NCBI RefSeq assembly: GCF_001194135.2
Contig: NC_068990.1
Coordinates: 15,149,208 to 15,213,207, forward strand
Direction of reading: 5' to 3'
Source of the DNA: Octopus bimaculoides
Taxonomy: Eukaryota
DNA: 64,000 bases
The notes beneath the pieces were generated by a model. It was not told where the DNA came from and ran no database searches. It was given only the letters and a program-made list of their open reading frames with translations. A program made the translations under genes and the position numbers. Of the stretch, positions 49,114 through 62,329 are shown piece after piece (position 1 is the first letter of the stretch; the number at the start of each line of letters is the position of its first letter).

Positions 49114-52100
49114 CTAAAAATAAATTAAAGATAAACTTTTAATTTATGAAAAAGTATTTATAGGAATTACAGAAAACAAGTTTTTGTATCAAGTTAAAAT
49201 TATTTTTCACTTCAGCTTGAAATTGATTATTTTGGCAATTTTATTCAAGTGTCTTTCACATCACAACAGGAAAATTTAGAAAACCTATCAGTTTTGCAAT
49301 AAAAAAAAAAAAACTTGTGAGCAAAAAAAAAAAAAAAAAAATNNNNNNNNNNCTGTTCTTTCAATAGAATACCCTTTTTTTTTTTTTTTTTTTAAATATA
49401 AAAATTTTAAATGGCTGCAATAATGTATTTTCATTAATTCAATCACACTTAAAAGAAAGAAAAAAATCTCCTCAGAAAAGAAACATTCTTTCATTATAAT
49501 TTTGACTACTAATCCAATTGAAGTGACCTTGGTGAATTGTTAATGATACCACAAAATTCAAAACAAATTCATTAGGTATTATAATTTGGTTTATTATTGT
49601 AATATTTAAACAAGAGTAACAACCTAAATATTTATAAGAAAAACAAACAGTGGTGAAATCTTTTTGAAAATGTTGCTTCCCAGCAAACCTTCAAACTACA
49701 TTTCTTGATCAAAATTAGCAAGTTTAATTTTAACATGAGAAATTTCCACAATACTTTTTTTTATGAGACCTAACACACTTTGTAATATTAAAACTCTTAG
49801 GTTATCATATCAAAACTGCCTAATCATTATAATGTCTGTGAAAACTGTCTACCTGTATTACATACTATCCGTAATCTACTCCCAAAACACTTCAGTAGCT
49901 CTACTTTGCATTGCTTGCAAACTTATGTTCTATGATCATTAAAGTGCAACGACCTCCACAATAACCAGCCTTCAATTTGGTTTTCCATTCCTAGGTTAAT
50001 CAGAAACATAGATTGCTGTGCTACTCAAACTTTCTCAGCAGTTCAATTATTTGGTGAAAAAAATACCACAAAAGCAACATAAACCATCCAAAATATCAGG
50101 TGTATTAGCTAGTTTTTTTTTTATAAAAATTGATGAAGGTAGGCCATATAATTTTCTAAGTGAAAATTTTATTAATTTTCATTTAGAAAAAAAAAATTTC
50201 TTTCCATATTTTTATACCATAAGAAAGAAAAATTTTTCAAGAATTCAATATGGCCATTGCCAAATCTGGCAAGGAGATCATGAAGCACAAAGTTAATCAA
50301 AAGAGTACTACCACATATAGGATTAATGCCTACCAACATATTCCTGTGTGGCAAAAGCTGAAGTGGAACATGAATTCTAGATTTCAAATATCGAGTTTGA
50401 GCCAGAAATGGACAAGCTCATAAAGTAAACATATTTCTATGGAAAAATTCACTAAATTGAGCTACATAAGTTTTTTAGAGCCCAAAATTAGCACGGAATC
50501 ATATTGAGAATGTTATTTTTTCACTTGCTGTTTTAATAGCATGTGGAGAGTGACGTCTACATTTTACCTAGCAGATGTTCTTGTAGAAGGAAATTTCGTT
50601 TTTCTTTGAGAATTATTAGTCAAATTTCGCATGTATATATATTTAACCTAACTTCTCGACTTATTTAATTGGAACTATCCAAACAATAGTCATCAATCTA
50701 CAAGAGAAGCTTTTTTTTTTTAACAATCTTTATTCTGAAAATCACCTGTTACTTTTGTTTTAAAATGAAAGATGTATGAACGTATATATGAAATTGACGT
50801 GTGTGTAGGTGTGTGGGAGAGAGAGAGAGAGAGAGAGAGAAAGAGTGTGCCACTTACACATGACAACACACGTTCACTCACTCATTCTCTCTCTCACACA
50901 CACAAAAAGAGATGTATGCATATGTATTGATGTATGTACGTACACATGACAACACACCCTTTCACTCACTTACTCACTTTCTCTCTCTCACACACACACA
51001 TGTCCATACATCTTTCACTTTAAAAAAACGTAAAAAAATTTTTTTTACAGATATTTCTAAATAATTAAAATATTGTGTACATCAAAAAGTTGACTTTTTT
51101 TCTTAGAGAGCACAAAGACTGTGTGAGTATATATGTCACAGATAGTGGACATGTGTCTGTGTTGATTGATACGCCATGACATTCATTGTGTTGACATCAC
51201 AGAAGCCATGCATTTTATATGTTAACAAATAACAAAAATTGTGTTTAATCGTTTAAATAGATGTCCAAATAATACAAAAATTGTGCTTAATAAATTTAAA
51301 TAGATGTCCAGAGGATACAAAAATTTCTACTGCACTGCCAAACATAAGTATGAAAACAAATATGTAAAAAAAGATAAAATATACTATCTCTGAGATATTT
51401 CGGGTACACAAAAACAACCCTAGAGTTTTAATATTATCAAGATGTGATTTTTCTTTTTTTCTTTCTGATTTTGAATACTGTTGGATAATTTGTGGTAGTG
51501 TTTACATTTTCATAAGTAGTGAAATTTTGGTGGTTTTGTTTTCTCTATGAGTTTGCAGTAAATTACAAATGTTTTTAATCCTAAAGCAAGGGATTAGTTT
51601 TCCAATTTTGTTTGTTTTGTAATCTTGGTCTACATGCAATTTTGAGAAAGGTACCAAGTGGTCATGGGAAGCACTAGAAACAGCTAAATTTCTCTTAAAC
51701 TACACACATTTTCATCTGAAAATATTTTTTTAAATGTCTTTTTTTTTTTTACCAAAAAGGCTTCTGTGGATGCCCTGATCCAAAACTCTCTTTATAGCCA
51801 TTTTTAATAGTCCATTAAAATTTATTTGAAATGATATCATGTCCCAAAATTCGAGTCCCTTTGGTTTGTACTTTTGGATTTAGCTAGGTTTGAAAAACAC
51901 TGCAAAATTGACCATCTGCAACAGGTTTTGCATAAAAGTTTTAAAAACATGCAAAAAGAAAAAAAGTTTCATTTTCAAAATCCTGGAAAAAATAATTGCT
52001 ATCCTATGGACACTGTATAATCTGAAGATGATCATCACCTCAGTTTCAAAGATACAGCATCACAAATATGGCTAATTAGGCAAGATTTCAACCAATTTAT

Positions 52101-55100
52101 AGACTATTCAAATTGTCCTATTTACTAAAATATTCATCTGAATTTCACAAATGAGGTATCAAAATATTTCTTTTTGGATGCTCTCTAAGAAAAGGTCGTA
52201 GTGATACATAATAATACTGTTGTCATATTCATAAGAATGTTTGGATGCGTAATGTGCGTGTGTAATTATACAGAGAAAAACAAAGGAAAGAGATGGGACA
52301 GCTTGAAAGGATGGTAGTTCATATTTTTTCCTTCTAATAAACTACTTCTTTTAAAAGACTTATCCATTTACCTATCTATCACTTTTTATTGCCATCTCTC
52401 ACCCAATACACAAGTAAATTTGACAACTCACAAGCATTGTCTACATGTTTCTTACAATCATTCCAGAAAACTAGTTGAATGATTATTTTCAACTGCTTCA
52501 CAATCTAAATTCCCTCCTTGATGGCAGTGTGCTTAATGAAAGTACACGATGTTAAAAACTTTATATGTACTTTGATTTATTAAAAGGTTTCTTTTATTTC
52601 AATAATGTTACCTTCTTTTAATTCTTTCTTGCATATACACCTATATTTTAATGAAGCAAATCATTACTTACTCCAGACAAAGTAATGGGTCAAGCACTAG
52701 TTATTCTTAAGAGTCTAATACACTTGTAGCCTATCAAAAACCTGTCAAGAATTTTATGCCAAGTTTTGAAGTAATCTGACATTCTTTTTTTCTGTCATAA
52801 AAGAAGCCAAACTTGCAAAACCACACGCCAACCAACTGATACAAGATATGGATAACTCTGATCTTCAGTCTAGTAACCATATAAAAGACATCAGTTATTG
52901 ATCTCCATGTCATAGAATGAATGAACGATTAGAGCACGTGGTAATTAAGAATTCGGATGAGTAACACATTTGTGTGAAATTGTGTTCCAAATTTGGAAAT
53001 GCTTTTATGGAAGCTTTTCATGTAACAGAACAGCCATAGGGAAGACTGAATTGTAGACAATACCATGAGTGATACTAGTATTTCAAATCCAAAGAACCAA
53101 ATACAATCCCTAACCTGAATGACCTTCCATAATAATAGAAGACAGTCACATTGTGAAAGTATATGCCATGGTATATGAAAATTGTCAACTGACTGTGTTG
53201 TTTCCAAGAAATAGGCTTCTGTAAAAGTCTGCAGACTAAAGAAAAATTAAGGTACATCATGTGGTCTCAAAATTGTGTCATAAACACAAAGCCACAGTCA
53301 TCCCAATCATGATGGAATCATAGGTGATGAAACAAGAGTATACACCCGTTTCAAAAGCAAACAAAAGCAGTCACATTGGATTGAATTATTGTCGCTATGA
53401 AATTAGCCTTTAAACCAGCCACATCCAGCCCAAAATGTTTTACCTGTCTGATGTTCAAACTGGCCAGATTTGGTTTCTCACACACTTTACAATGTCATTC
53501 AAATCATAATCACATCATTGAAATCTAAAAGCTACAAGATAATGCATGCTTAATTCAAAACAATGTGAATTAATAAGTATTACATTTGACAAAGTAAACT
53601 GAATGCTAAAGGGTTAAATAAAAAAACAAAGAGTTGCTCAAATATGAGGCTTTGCTGATGATATATAATTGGAAAGGTGACCTTATAACACACTTTGTCC
53701 CACATGGTCAGATCTATAAATAGATTTAAGGGGCAGCCATGTATCAATAGTAGAGGAAACTATTTTGAAAAAGACAAGGATAAATTTTAAGTTATGCAAT
53801 AAACTAGTTTCTTTTCGGACAGACTTTATACTTGATCAGAAACTTAAGTTATGCAGCAATATATTACAACAGGTGTTACAGGCTTTGTTATAACATTAAA
53901 CTGTAGTTAATGACTTGTGAGCATAAATGTCTTTTTTTTTCTTTTCTCACAATTACAGACCAAGCTAAATGTTATTGTAACAATTTTTTTTTTTTAAGAC
54001 AATGTTTTGCAAGTGCATCGTCACCATCATTTTGGCATCCATTTTTCCATGCTAACATGGGTCAGACAAAATTTGGCAAGGCAAATTTTCTATGGCCAGG
54101 TGCCTTTCCTGTTGCCAACCTTCACCTGTTTCCATGAAAGATTAGAAACAAAATATATTGCTTGTATGACAGTGACATCTGCTTACAACTAACACATGAT
54201 GTCAAAGAAACTGTAGTACACACACACACAAGCTTCATTCAGTTTCTGTCTACCAAACCCATTCACAAGACTTTGGTTGGCCCAAGACCATAGAAGACAC
54301 TAGCCCAAAATACTATGCAGTGACACTGAACATGTAACCATGTGGTTGGAAAGCAAATTTCTTACTACACAAACTTTAAAACACTTAGCAAAAGTATTCT
54401 AAAAGTCAAAAGTAAAACTGCCAGATAAACAAAAAATTGCTAGATATTAGCTTTGAATGTCAGACAAGTAAAAATGCCAAGTTTAGTTTGCCATTCCTAT
54501 TCAACTGATTGATATTTGAAGTTTAGTTTTGTAGTCTTAAACAAATTGATTAACAAAATACAATGTTCAAATTTTTTTCCCATATAAAGCAGTTCTTAAT
54601 GCTAATATATTCAAGTGACAAATTCGATAACTACCATCAGTGTAATATCACCGAATTTATTTTTGTGGAAAAAAAAAAAAGAAAAAAAAAAAAATCAATA
54701 ATGCACAAGAAATTAACAAGCTAATAATCATTCAATTAGATATCAAATTTGATAAGATTGTAGTTGGCAACTTTTTGTAGATTTAGTTTCATAAATGCTG
54801 TACACAACTTTCATCCAGTTACTGGGCTAAATTTCCAAAAATGTTGAACTATTCCAAAGTCATAGTTTGCTTGACTCTTGTTACAATATTTCTGTTGAAA
54901 TACACTGCCTTTGAATCAGTTAATTTTTAACAAAGAATTTGGGGGAAAATAACCAACATTAAGCTGGTGTTTGGAACAATGGAAGTTAGTTTAGATCATT
55001 TTAAAATAGAAATGAGAGCAGTCACAGACAGATTGGTCTCAAAAGGGTTTAATACCAGGAAAACCTTCATGAAAAAAGAACCTGATGAACAATTTAATAG

Positions 55101-56149
55101 ATATTTGATTTTATTTGCTGCCATATCCTAAACAAAGCCAAAAGGAAAAATATACCTGGCTGTCTTCCAAGTGTTCATATTGTTTAACACCTGGTCAACA
55201 CTTTAGCATCTAGATTACTCTGTCAAATGTAAGATTTATTTGTTCACATAGTTTTAAGTTTATTATGCATTATCTAGTAGCTTTGCAATTTTGATGATGT
55301 GATTGCTTAATTTTAGAACAACACTGCAGCATAGAGAAAAGAGGTCATATCTGACCACTGTGAACATAAAACAGAATATTTGGCCTCGATATGGCTGGCT
55401 TTAAATGCCAACAGGTTAAGCCAGATCAAGATCTGAAACAAATTGTCAAATAATAACTTGTATCTTTCTTAATAACAATTTAATTAGCAAACTAGAATTT
55501 AATGCTTTCTTAAATCCATTTCCAAATAAGAAACAGACTGTGATTACATGTTTTTAAGCTTTTTGCATTCATAATTACTGTCAAATGTAATGCTTATTTA
55601 TTTACATGGCTTAGAATTATCATGCATAATCTCATAGCTTCAAGACTTCAACAATGTGATCATTTATTTTTAGAAGGACATTGTTGGGTAGGTGTGAGAG
55701 ACTGAATCTAGCCACTTTGAATGTAAAACAAGGTAGAATATTTTGGCCAGATATAGCTGGTTTAAATAGTAAGGAGTCAAAAGACATTACTGTAAAAAAA
55801 AATGTTAATACATCAACACTTCCATACAACATTTTAAAAGTATTTTGTCAACATTACAATTCTGAAATTAAATCAAGAATTTCAAAGGTCTTGATTTAAT
55901 CTACCTTATCTGGTGTTCGTATATAAAAGATTCTTATATATAATTATATATATANNNNNNNNNNNNNNNNNNNNNNNNNNNNNNNNNNNNNNNNNNNNNN
56001 NNNNNNNNNNNNNNNNNNNNNNNNNNNNNNNNNNNNNNNNNNNNNNNNNNNNNNNNNNNNNNNNNNNNNNNNNNNNNNNNNNNNNNNNNNNNNNNTATAT
56101 ATAAATAAAGGTTATAATGGAATAACAGTCTAAATATAACACTAAAATA

Positions 56150-56800
56150 AACAGTTTGTATCATAGAACCTATAGAGGTACAGGCAGGATGTTATCACAA
56201 GAATAAAAGGATAAAAGAGTTGTGAGCCAATTGGTGAAAACTGACAGGATTAATACAAACGTTGATATATGTAAAAGTCTTAACAGCTTTTATTGGACAG
56301 TGCCATACTGGATATCTAGCAAAGTTACAAAGTAGTTAAAACAATGGACAACTAGTACAGTGCAGAAATGCATGAAAACTGTCTGTCTGTAAAGTTTGCA
56401 AAGAAGTATGTGCAGTATGCTGCAAGGAAAATTGAAGGTGCATAGGACTCACAAAATTTGTACTGAGCCTGCCGAGTGATAAAAAGAGAACTCAAGACTG
56501 TCAATTAGAAGGTTTGTGATAAAAGTTTCCATAAGTATTTGAATGATTACAGTGATGAAATGCCAGAGTGCAGCTATGTCAGCATAATGGTAGCCATGGC
56601 AGTGGGTTGGGTCAATCTCATCATGAAAAAAGGAAAAGCATTATGTAACTCAAAAGGTAAATGTTGTTAGTCTTTTTGATTGAAAGGGATTCAGTTAAAC
56701 CATAACTTAAAACGTTTTGGACATCTTGAAGGATTTCAAAGGTGCTAAATTGTGAAAGTAAAGAACTAGGAGTTGAACAAATAATACCCAAGGGCATTCC
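56150..56800 (+). mobile_element. Possible highly decayed Tc1-like transposase
   Basis: KFAKKYV and SDE motifs in Tc1 order; many stops. Confidence 0.3.
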
Positions 56801-59296
56801 TGTTCCCAATATTAATCTAACTCTGAAAGATAGCCAATTTCAAACTACAAGAAAAACTTGGTAGCTCTTCACTGATGTTAATACTAAATGGTTCTGAATT
56901 CTGAGCAAGGTTATACAGGCAGACATTTTTGCAGATAGATTTCATGCATCTTGCACAGTGTTTAAAACATTTATTCTGGAATAAAGGAATGTGCTTGGCT
57001 GATAGTTGCTCATAGAGAGCCATGAGTATCTTGTCACAAGGTAGCTGTGACTGCTGCTGACAGATTTAGCATTACCTGTTCATCACCAATCAGAATTTCA
57101 ATGCAAAATATTTCTCGTACAACTGTTTAATAACATTTTGTACAATTTGTCATTCAATGCCAAATTTAAGAGAGAGAGAAAAAAAAAACATACATTTACA
57201 TTTGTAATTGTTGAGTGGAGCTCTATCTACAACAGTATGGCTTTCACCTTTCTTCACATAGCATTCAGAAAGCTGACAGATTTCCTAAGTAGCTCCCCTA
57301 CCTAGTCTTATAATTTCTATTACTGTTAGTTTACATTAGTTTAAAACCCAGATCAAAATGGTGTGTGGCAAGATGTTTAACACAACTGACAAGGTCTTGT
57401 AGCAAACAATTTTTGAAAGACAATTTTTCAAGTGCACAACATAGCAGTTGTCATCTATTATCAAGCCTGCACCACATCGCCAACAAAACTTTCATTTTTT
57501 TTCTTCTCTACTTACAATGTATGCAGCATGGAAAGTGTGCAACATCAAGCCAATAAATCCATAAGCCCAAGTATTGTTCTTACATTGATTAGATGTTGGG
57601 CTAAAATATCAACATTTGTTCCTGCGCCAAGGAATGCAGAGGCTTGGGACTTCATTCCTAGTGAGTTTCCTTTACCAAGATAAAGGGAAATGATAAACAT
57701 TTTCAAGGAGTCAAATGTAACATATCGAAGCAGATTTTCTATGGCCAAATACCTTTCTTGTTGCCAACCCTCACTCATTTCCAAGCAAGACATGTTCGTA
57801 TAAGTGATGCTCGTTTACAACTGCCATACTGTCAAGACAAGGAGACATATAACACACACACACACACACATACACACTGGACCTCTTTCAGGTTATCAAA
57901 TAAACTCACTCACAAAACTGAATAATCCAGAAAAATAGAAGACACTTGGTCAAGGTGCCACACAGGGAATTGAACCTAAAATCATATGGTTGGAAAACAA
58001 ATTTCTCAATCATACAGCCAAATATCAATAGCTAAAAAGAAGAAAATCTAAAATTAGAAGTAAAAAAGGTTATAAAATACAACTCCTCTTTCTAAACCAT
58101 TAAAAGCTATATTAAGCTATCAGTTCCCATAATACTTATTTTAATAATGAATATATCTATTCTTCCAGAATTTATAAATAAAATTATATAGAAACAGAAT
58201 TATTTCTGCTAATATCAATACTAGTTTCTTATATTTGAAACATTTGATATTTGTCAATTAGTAATCAGGTAAATTAAGTAACATGTAATTTTTTTTTTTT
58301 TTCCCTCACAACTTCATAACTTTAACTGTTTTGCTCATTGCCCTATTATATTTATGCATCGTTGCTGGTGCCCCTGGACTGGCTCTTGTGCGGGTGACAC
58401 ACGAGGTTTCTCGAGCGAGATGAGCGTGGCTGTTGCCAGTACCGCCTGACTGGCCTTCGTGCGGGTGACACGTAAAAGCACCCACTACACTCTCTGAGTG
58501 GTTGGCGTTAGGAAGGGCATCCAGCTGTGGAAACACTGCCAAATCAGATTGGAGCCTGGTGTAGCCATCTGGTTTCACCAGTCCTCAGTCAAATCGTCCA
58601 ACCCATGCTAGCATGGAAAGCGGACGTTAAACGATGAACGAACACNNNNNNNNNNNNNNNNNNNNNNNNNNNNNNNNNNNNNNNNNNNNNNNNNNNNNNN
58701 NNNNNNNNNNNNNNNNNNNNNNNNNNNNNNNNNNNNNNNNNNNNNNNNNNNNNNNNNNNNNNNNNNNNNNNNNNNNNNNNNNNNNNNNNNNNNNNNNNNN
58801 NNNNNNNNNNNNNNNNNNNNNNNNNNNNNNNNNNNNNNNNNNNNNNNNNNNNNNNNNNNNNNNNNNNNNNNNNNNNNNNNNNNNACTGGCTCTTGTGCGG
58901 GTGACACACGAGGTTTCTCGAGCGAGATGAGCGTGGCTGTTGCCAGTACCGCCTGACTGGCCTTCGTGCGGGTGACACGTAAAAGCACCCACTACACTCT
59001 CTGAGTGGTTGGCGTTAGGAAGGGCATCCAGCTGTAGAAACTCTGCCAAATTAGATTGGAGCCTGGTGTAGCCATCCGGTTGCACCAGTCCTCAGTCAAT
59101 TCGTCCAACCCATGCTAGCATGGAAAGCGGACGTTAAACGATGAACGAACACACAAGGCTAACAATATTGCTTAGATTAGAAAAGAACTCCACATATTCT
59201 TGTAGCAGGATCCAAGGTCATAGTTCATCATTCTATATTGTAAATTCGTAGGTGTGCTCCAGTTATACTGAGTTTTTATACACACACACACAGTGA

Positions 59297-59602
59297 TATA
59301 CAAGACAAGGTATAAATAATGGTCATCACATGTTTTTCTTTATTTCAGCAAATTTGACTTACAGCTCTTTCCAGTAGTCATTTACAAGTTTGTTATAACG
59401 TGTTTACTCAACTGGTCCATTGATCAGTTGAGAAATGAATGATGAAAGTAGCATTAATTTTTTTTAGGCCTTAAATTTTCTCAATTGATCAATGGAGCAA
59501 TGAAGTAAACCTATAAATAACGAACCAATAATGACTACTGGAAACAGTTGTAGGTCAGATTTACTGAAAAATATGTAATTATTCACACCTTGTCTTTATA
59601 TA
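59297..59602. mobile_element. Palindromic MITE-like element
   Basis: aagacaagg/ccttgtctt ends with TA-rich flanks; internal arms such as ttccagtagtcatt/aatgactactggaa are also complementary. Confidence 0.7.
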
Positions 59603-60025
59603 TTATATGTATGTATGTATGTACGTACATGTGTATGTATGGCTTCAACAAATAGAATAGCACTGTTCGGCTAAGAGAGTAAAGATATAATAAAAACAAC
59701 AAATAGCCTTGTGAAATAGAGCTACCCAGTTAAATGTCAACTGCTTTGAATGCAGCTGACAAACCATATTGTTCTTATCAGCTCAAAACACGGTATGGCA
59801 CATAACAAAACACCATTTTGAGCATGGCTGTTGCCAGTGTCATGTAAATGGCACCCATGCCGGTGGCATGTAAAAGCACCCACTACTCTCGGAGTGGTTG
59901 GCGTTAGGAAGGGCATCCAGCTGTAGAAACTGCCAGATCAGATTGGAGCCTGGTGCAGCCATCCGGATCACCACTCCTCAGTCAAATCGTCCAACCCATG
60001 CTAGCATGGAAAGCGGATGTTAAAC

Positions 60026-60058
<33 letters not shown>

Positions 60059-60137
60059 ACCCTGGATAGCTGTATTTCACAAGACTTGTGGTTTTCCTTA
60101 AATAATAGTAATGAAATATATACATATTACATACATA

Positions 60138-61326
60138 CTGGCTGATGTACTCGGTAATTCCCAGGAGTAAGATGTTCTATTGAAACGCCTTATTACTCTG
60201 ATAAAAGAAAGCAATTTCATTATAACAGCCACAAAAGGTGTATTTTTCGTCACAAAAACGTACAAAAACTGTCAGCTGGAGGAGGGAGAAATTGTTGGAG
60301 GTTGGTAAGAGAGGTCATTGAAAGTTGTCTAGGGACGTTGTCGGAGGTTGTCGTGGTATTTTAAAAGTGAACTTTATGAAGGTTAATTTATTGAATGTAA
60401 TATATGAATGTAGCATATATGTATAGAAATATATGAATGAAGTGTTAGAAGAAAGTGCAATAATAATGTTCACACTCACTGATGGTCGCTCTTAGTAACT
60501 GCCTTTAGCTTACAGAGTTCTTGTTTTTATAACTATCGAAAAGCAGCCGTAAGGATAGACATATTGTTGAGAACAAATGATTTCATTGGAGGTCTGTTAT
60601 CTCCATTCCAGCCCCTGGTGGCCTAGAAGAGGTTAGAAGGGTCAAGTGGCAAAGACATTATTCTACTTAGCAGAGGCATCTGGGAAATGTATAACTGCTG
60701 TCATTCATGGAAAAATTATTGTTTTACTGTGAGAAGAGAGCTGTTGAAGCATTAAGTGAAATTTGGCAATTGAGGATTGAATCCATGCTATACCTGCATG
60801 AAGCTACTACAAGTACATTGTAGAATAAAAAATTTATCTACTGTCATGGAGAAAGTGTAACTGTAAAAATGCAAAATTATCGGAGTAATGGGCATTCAAA
60901 AAAGTATTTATGTATAGAAATGTGTGAATGAAGAGATTCAAATTAAGGAAGAGCAATAATAATGTTTAGCAGTTCAAAACTGAGTAGTGAAATGCAGAAT
61001 TAGGTTGGCTGATCGTTGGTTCAAAGTAATCGAACATAAACAATGAAATGTGCTATTTCCCTCGAGTGTTTAAAAAAAAGGGGCTGGTGGTATGAGTTAT
61101 TTCCCTTACGTGTTTAAAAAAAAAAAAGTTATATAAAGTGCATATAAAGGTCCCTTCCAGGGGCCGTATTATCGATTTTTTTCAACAATCTAAGTATGTC
61201 ACGAGGTTTCCAGACACGAGTTCTACTCACGTGTCAAGTTTCATCAAAATCAATAAAACGATGGAGGAGGAGTTACATAACAACGTCACAAACAAACACA
61301 CACCAATTCTCCACACATGTAGTAGA
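60138..61326 (-). mobile_element. Degenerate non-autonomous Helitron-like element
   Basis: A|TC start at 61326, tgtttgtttg tract and gattttgatgaaacttg motif; decayed hairpin plus CCAG|T end at 60138. Confidence 0.45.
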
Positions 61327-62329
61327 TATATATTATCCACTACTTTCATTAACACATTTACAACCGTGTTTAGCAATATCTCAAATTTCATGCCTTTACC
61401 CCTCAGCACACAAATGAAATGCATAAATAACTTTTGCAATCAAAAATTTCTTACTCTCAATCACAGGCATAAATGAACCTATTTTATTTTATTGATGTTT
61501 GGCTTTGCAACAATTAATTACCTCAGAATGACCATAACCCCATTCTGTAACAGGCAATTTTTTTTTTTTTTTTTTTAAACATTGCTTGATGTATGCTTCT
61601 GCAGCTCAATCAACATGCTAAATCTTTGATCCAGCCTGTTTGATCAAGTCTGCATAATCAAAAAGTAGAGCGGTATGATGACAGAGGGACCAGGGTGAGT
61701 GGAGTGAGGTGAGAGTGAAAGAGTGAAGGTATAATTACAGAAAACTATTGGCTATGAGGAAGACTGAAAGGAGCATAATGGAAAGTAGTGCTGAGTGGAG
61801 GGAGGAGGAGAGAGAAATGGAAGGCAGACAAGGAGGGTGAAGTATGGTAGCAGTGTATGCATAAATCCAATACCATCCCTCACCTCATGAGGTGGGATGG
61901 GGATGGTGCAGTGAAGAGAAGATGACTTATCAGAGGTATGAGACAGGTTTAATACCATCTTCAATTATGACTGAAGGCCATCAATAGGTGATGGGGTGAA
62001 TGTAGGGAGCATACATGGGAAAAGAGGAGCGGACACTAGAAGGCAGGAGTATCAAGATAAATAAGAGGAAAAGGGTGTGAAAAAAACAAAAAAGGGGGGG
62101 GGGTGAGCAGGAGAAAAGGAAGTACAAAAGGAGGCTTGCCAGGATGTATTAGGTAAGAGAAGTAAATATGTGTATGTGAGTGTACATGTATGTATATCAC
62201 AACCTCCACTGCTACCCTAATTTCAGCATTTGTTTTGTTATGCTTGACTGATAGATAGGCTATTTAGTATTGTACATTGTCAATCATCTCAGTCCTTTGT
62301 CACTGCCTTTGTAGAGCCCAACATCCTAA

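Noticed and set aside
58360-59149. Apparent tandem duplication of a family B repeat across a gap
   Set aside because: Both copies share the same 3' flank (aacgaacac), differ at only a few sites and are separated by Ns; most likely an allelic or assembly duplication.
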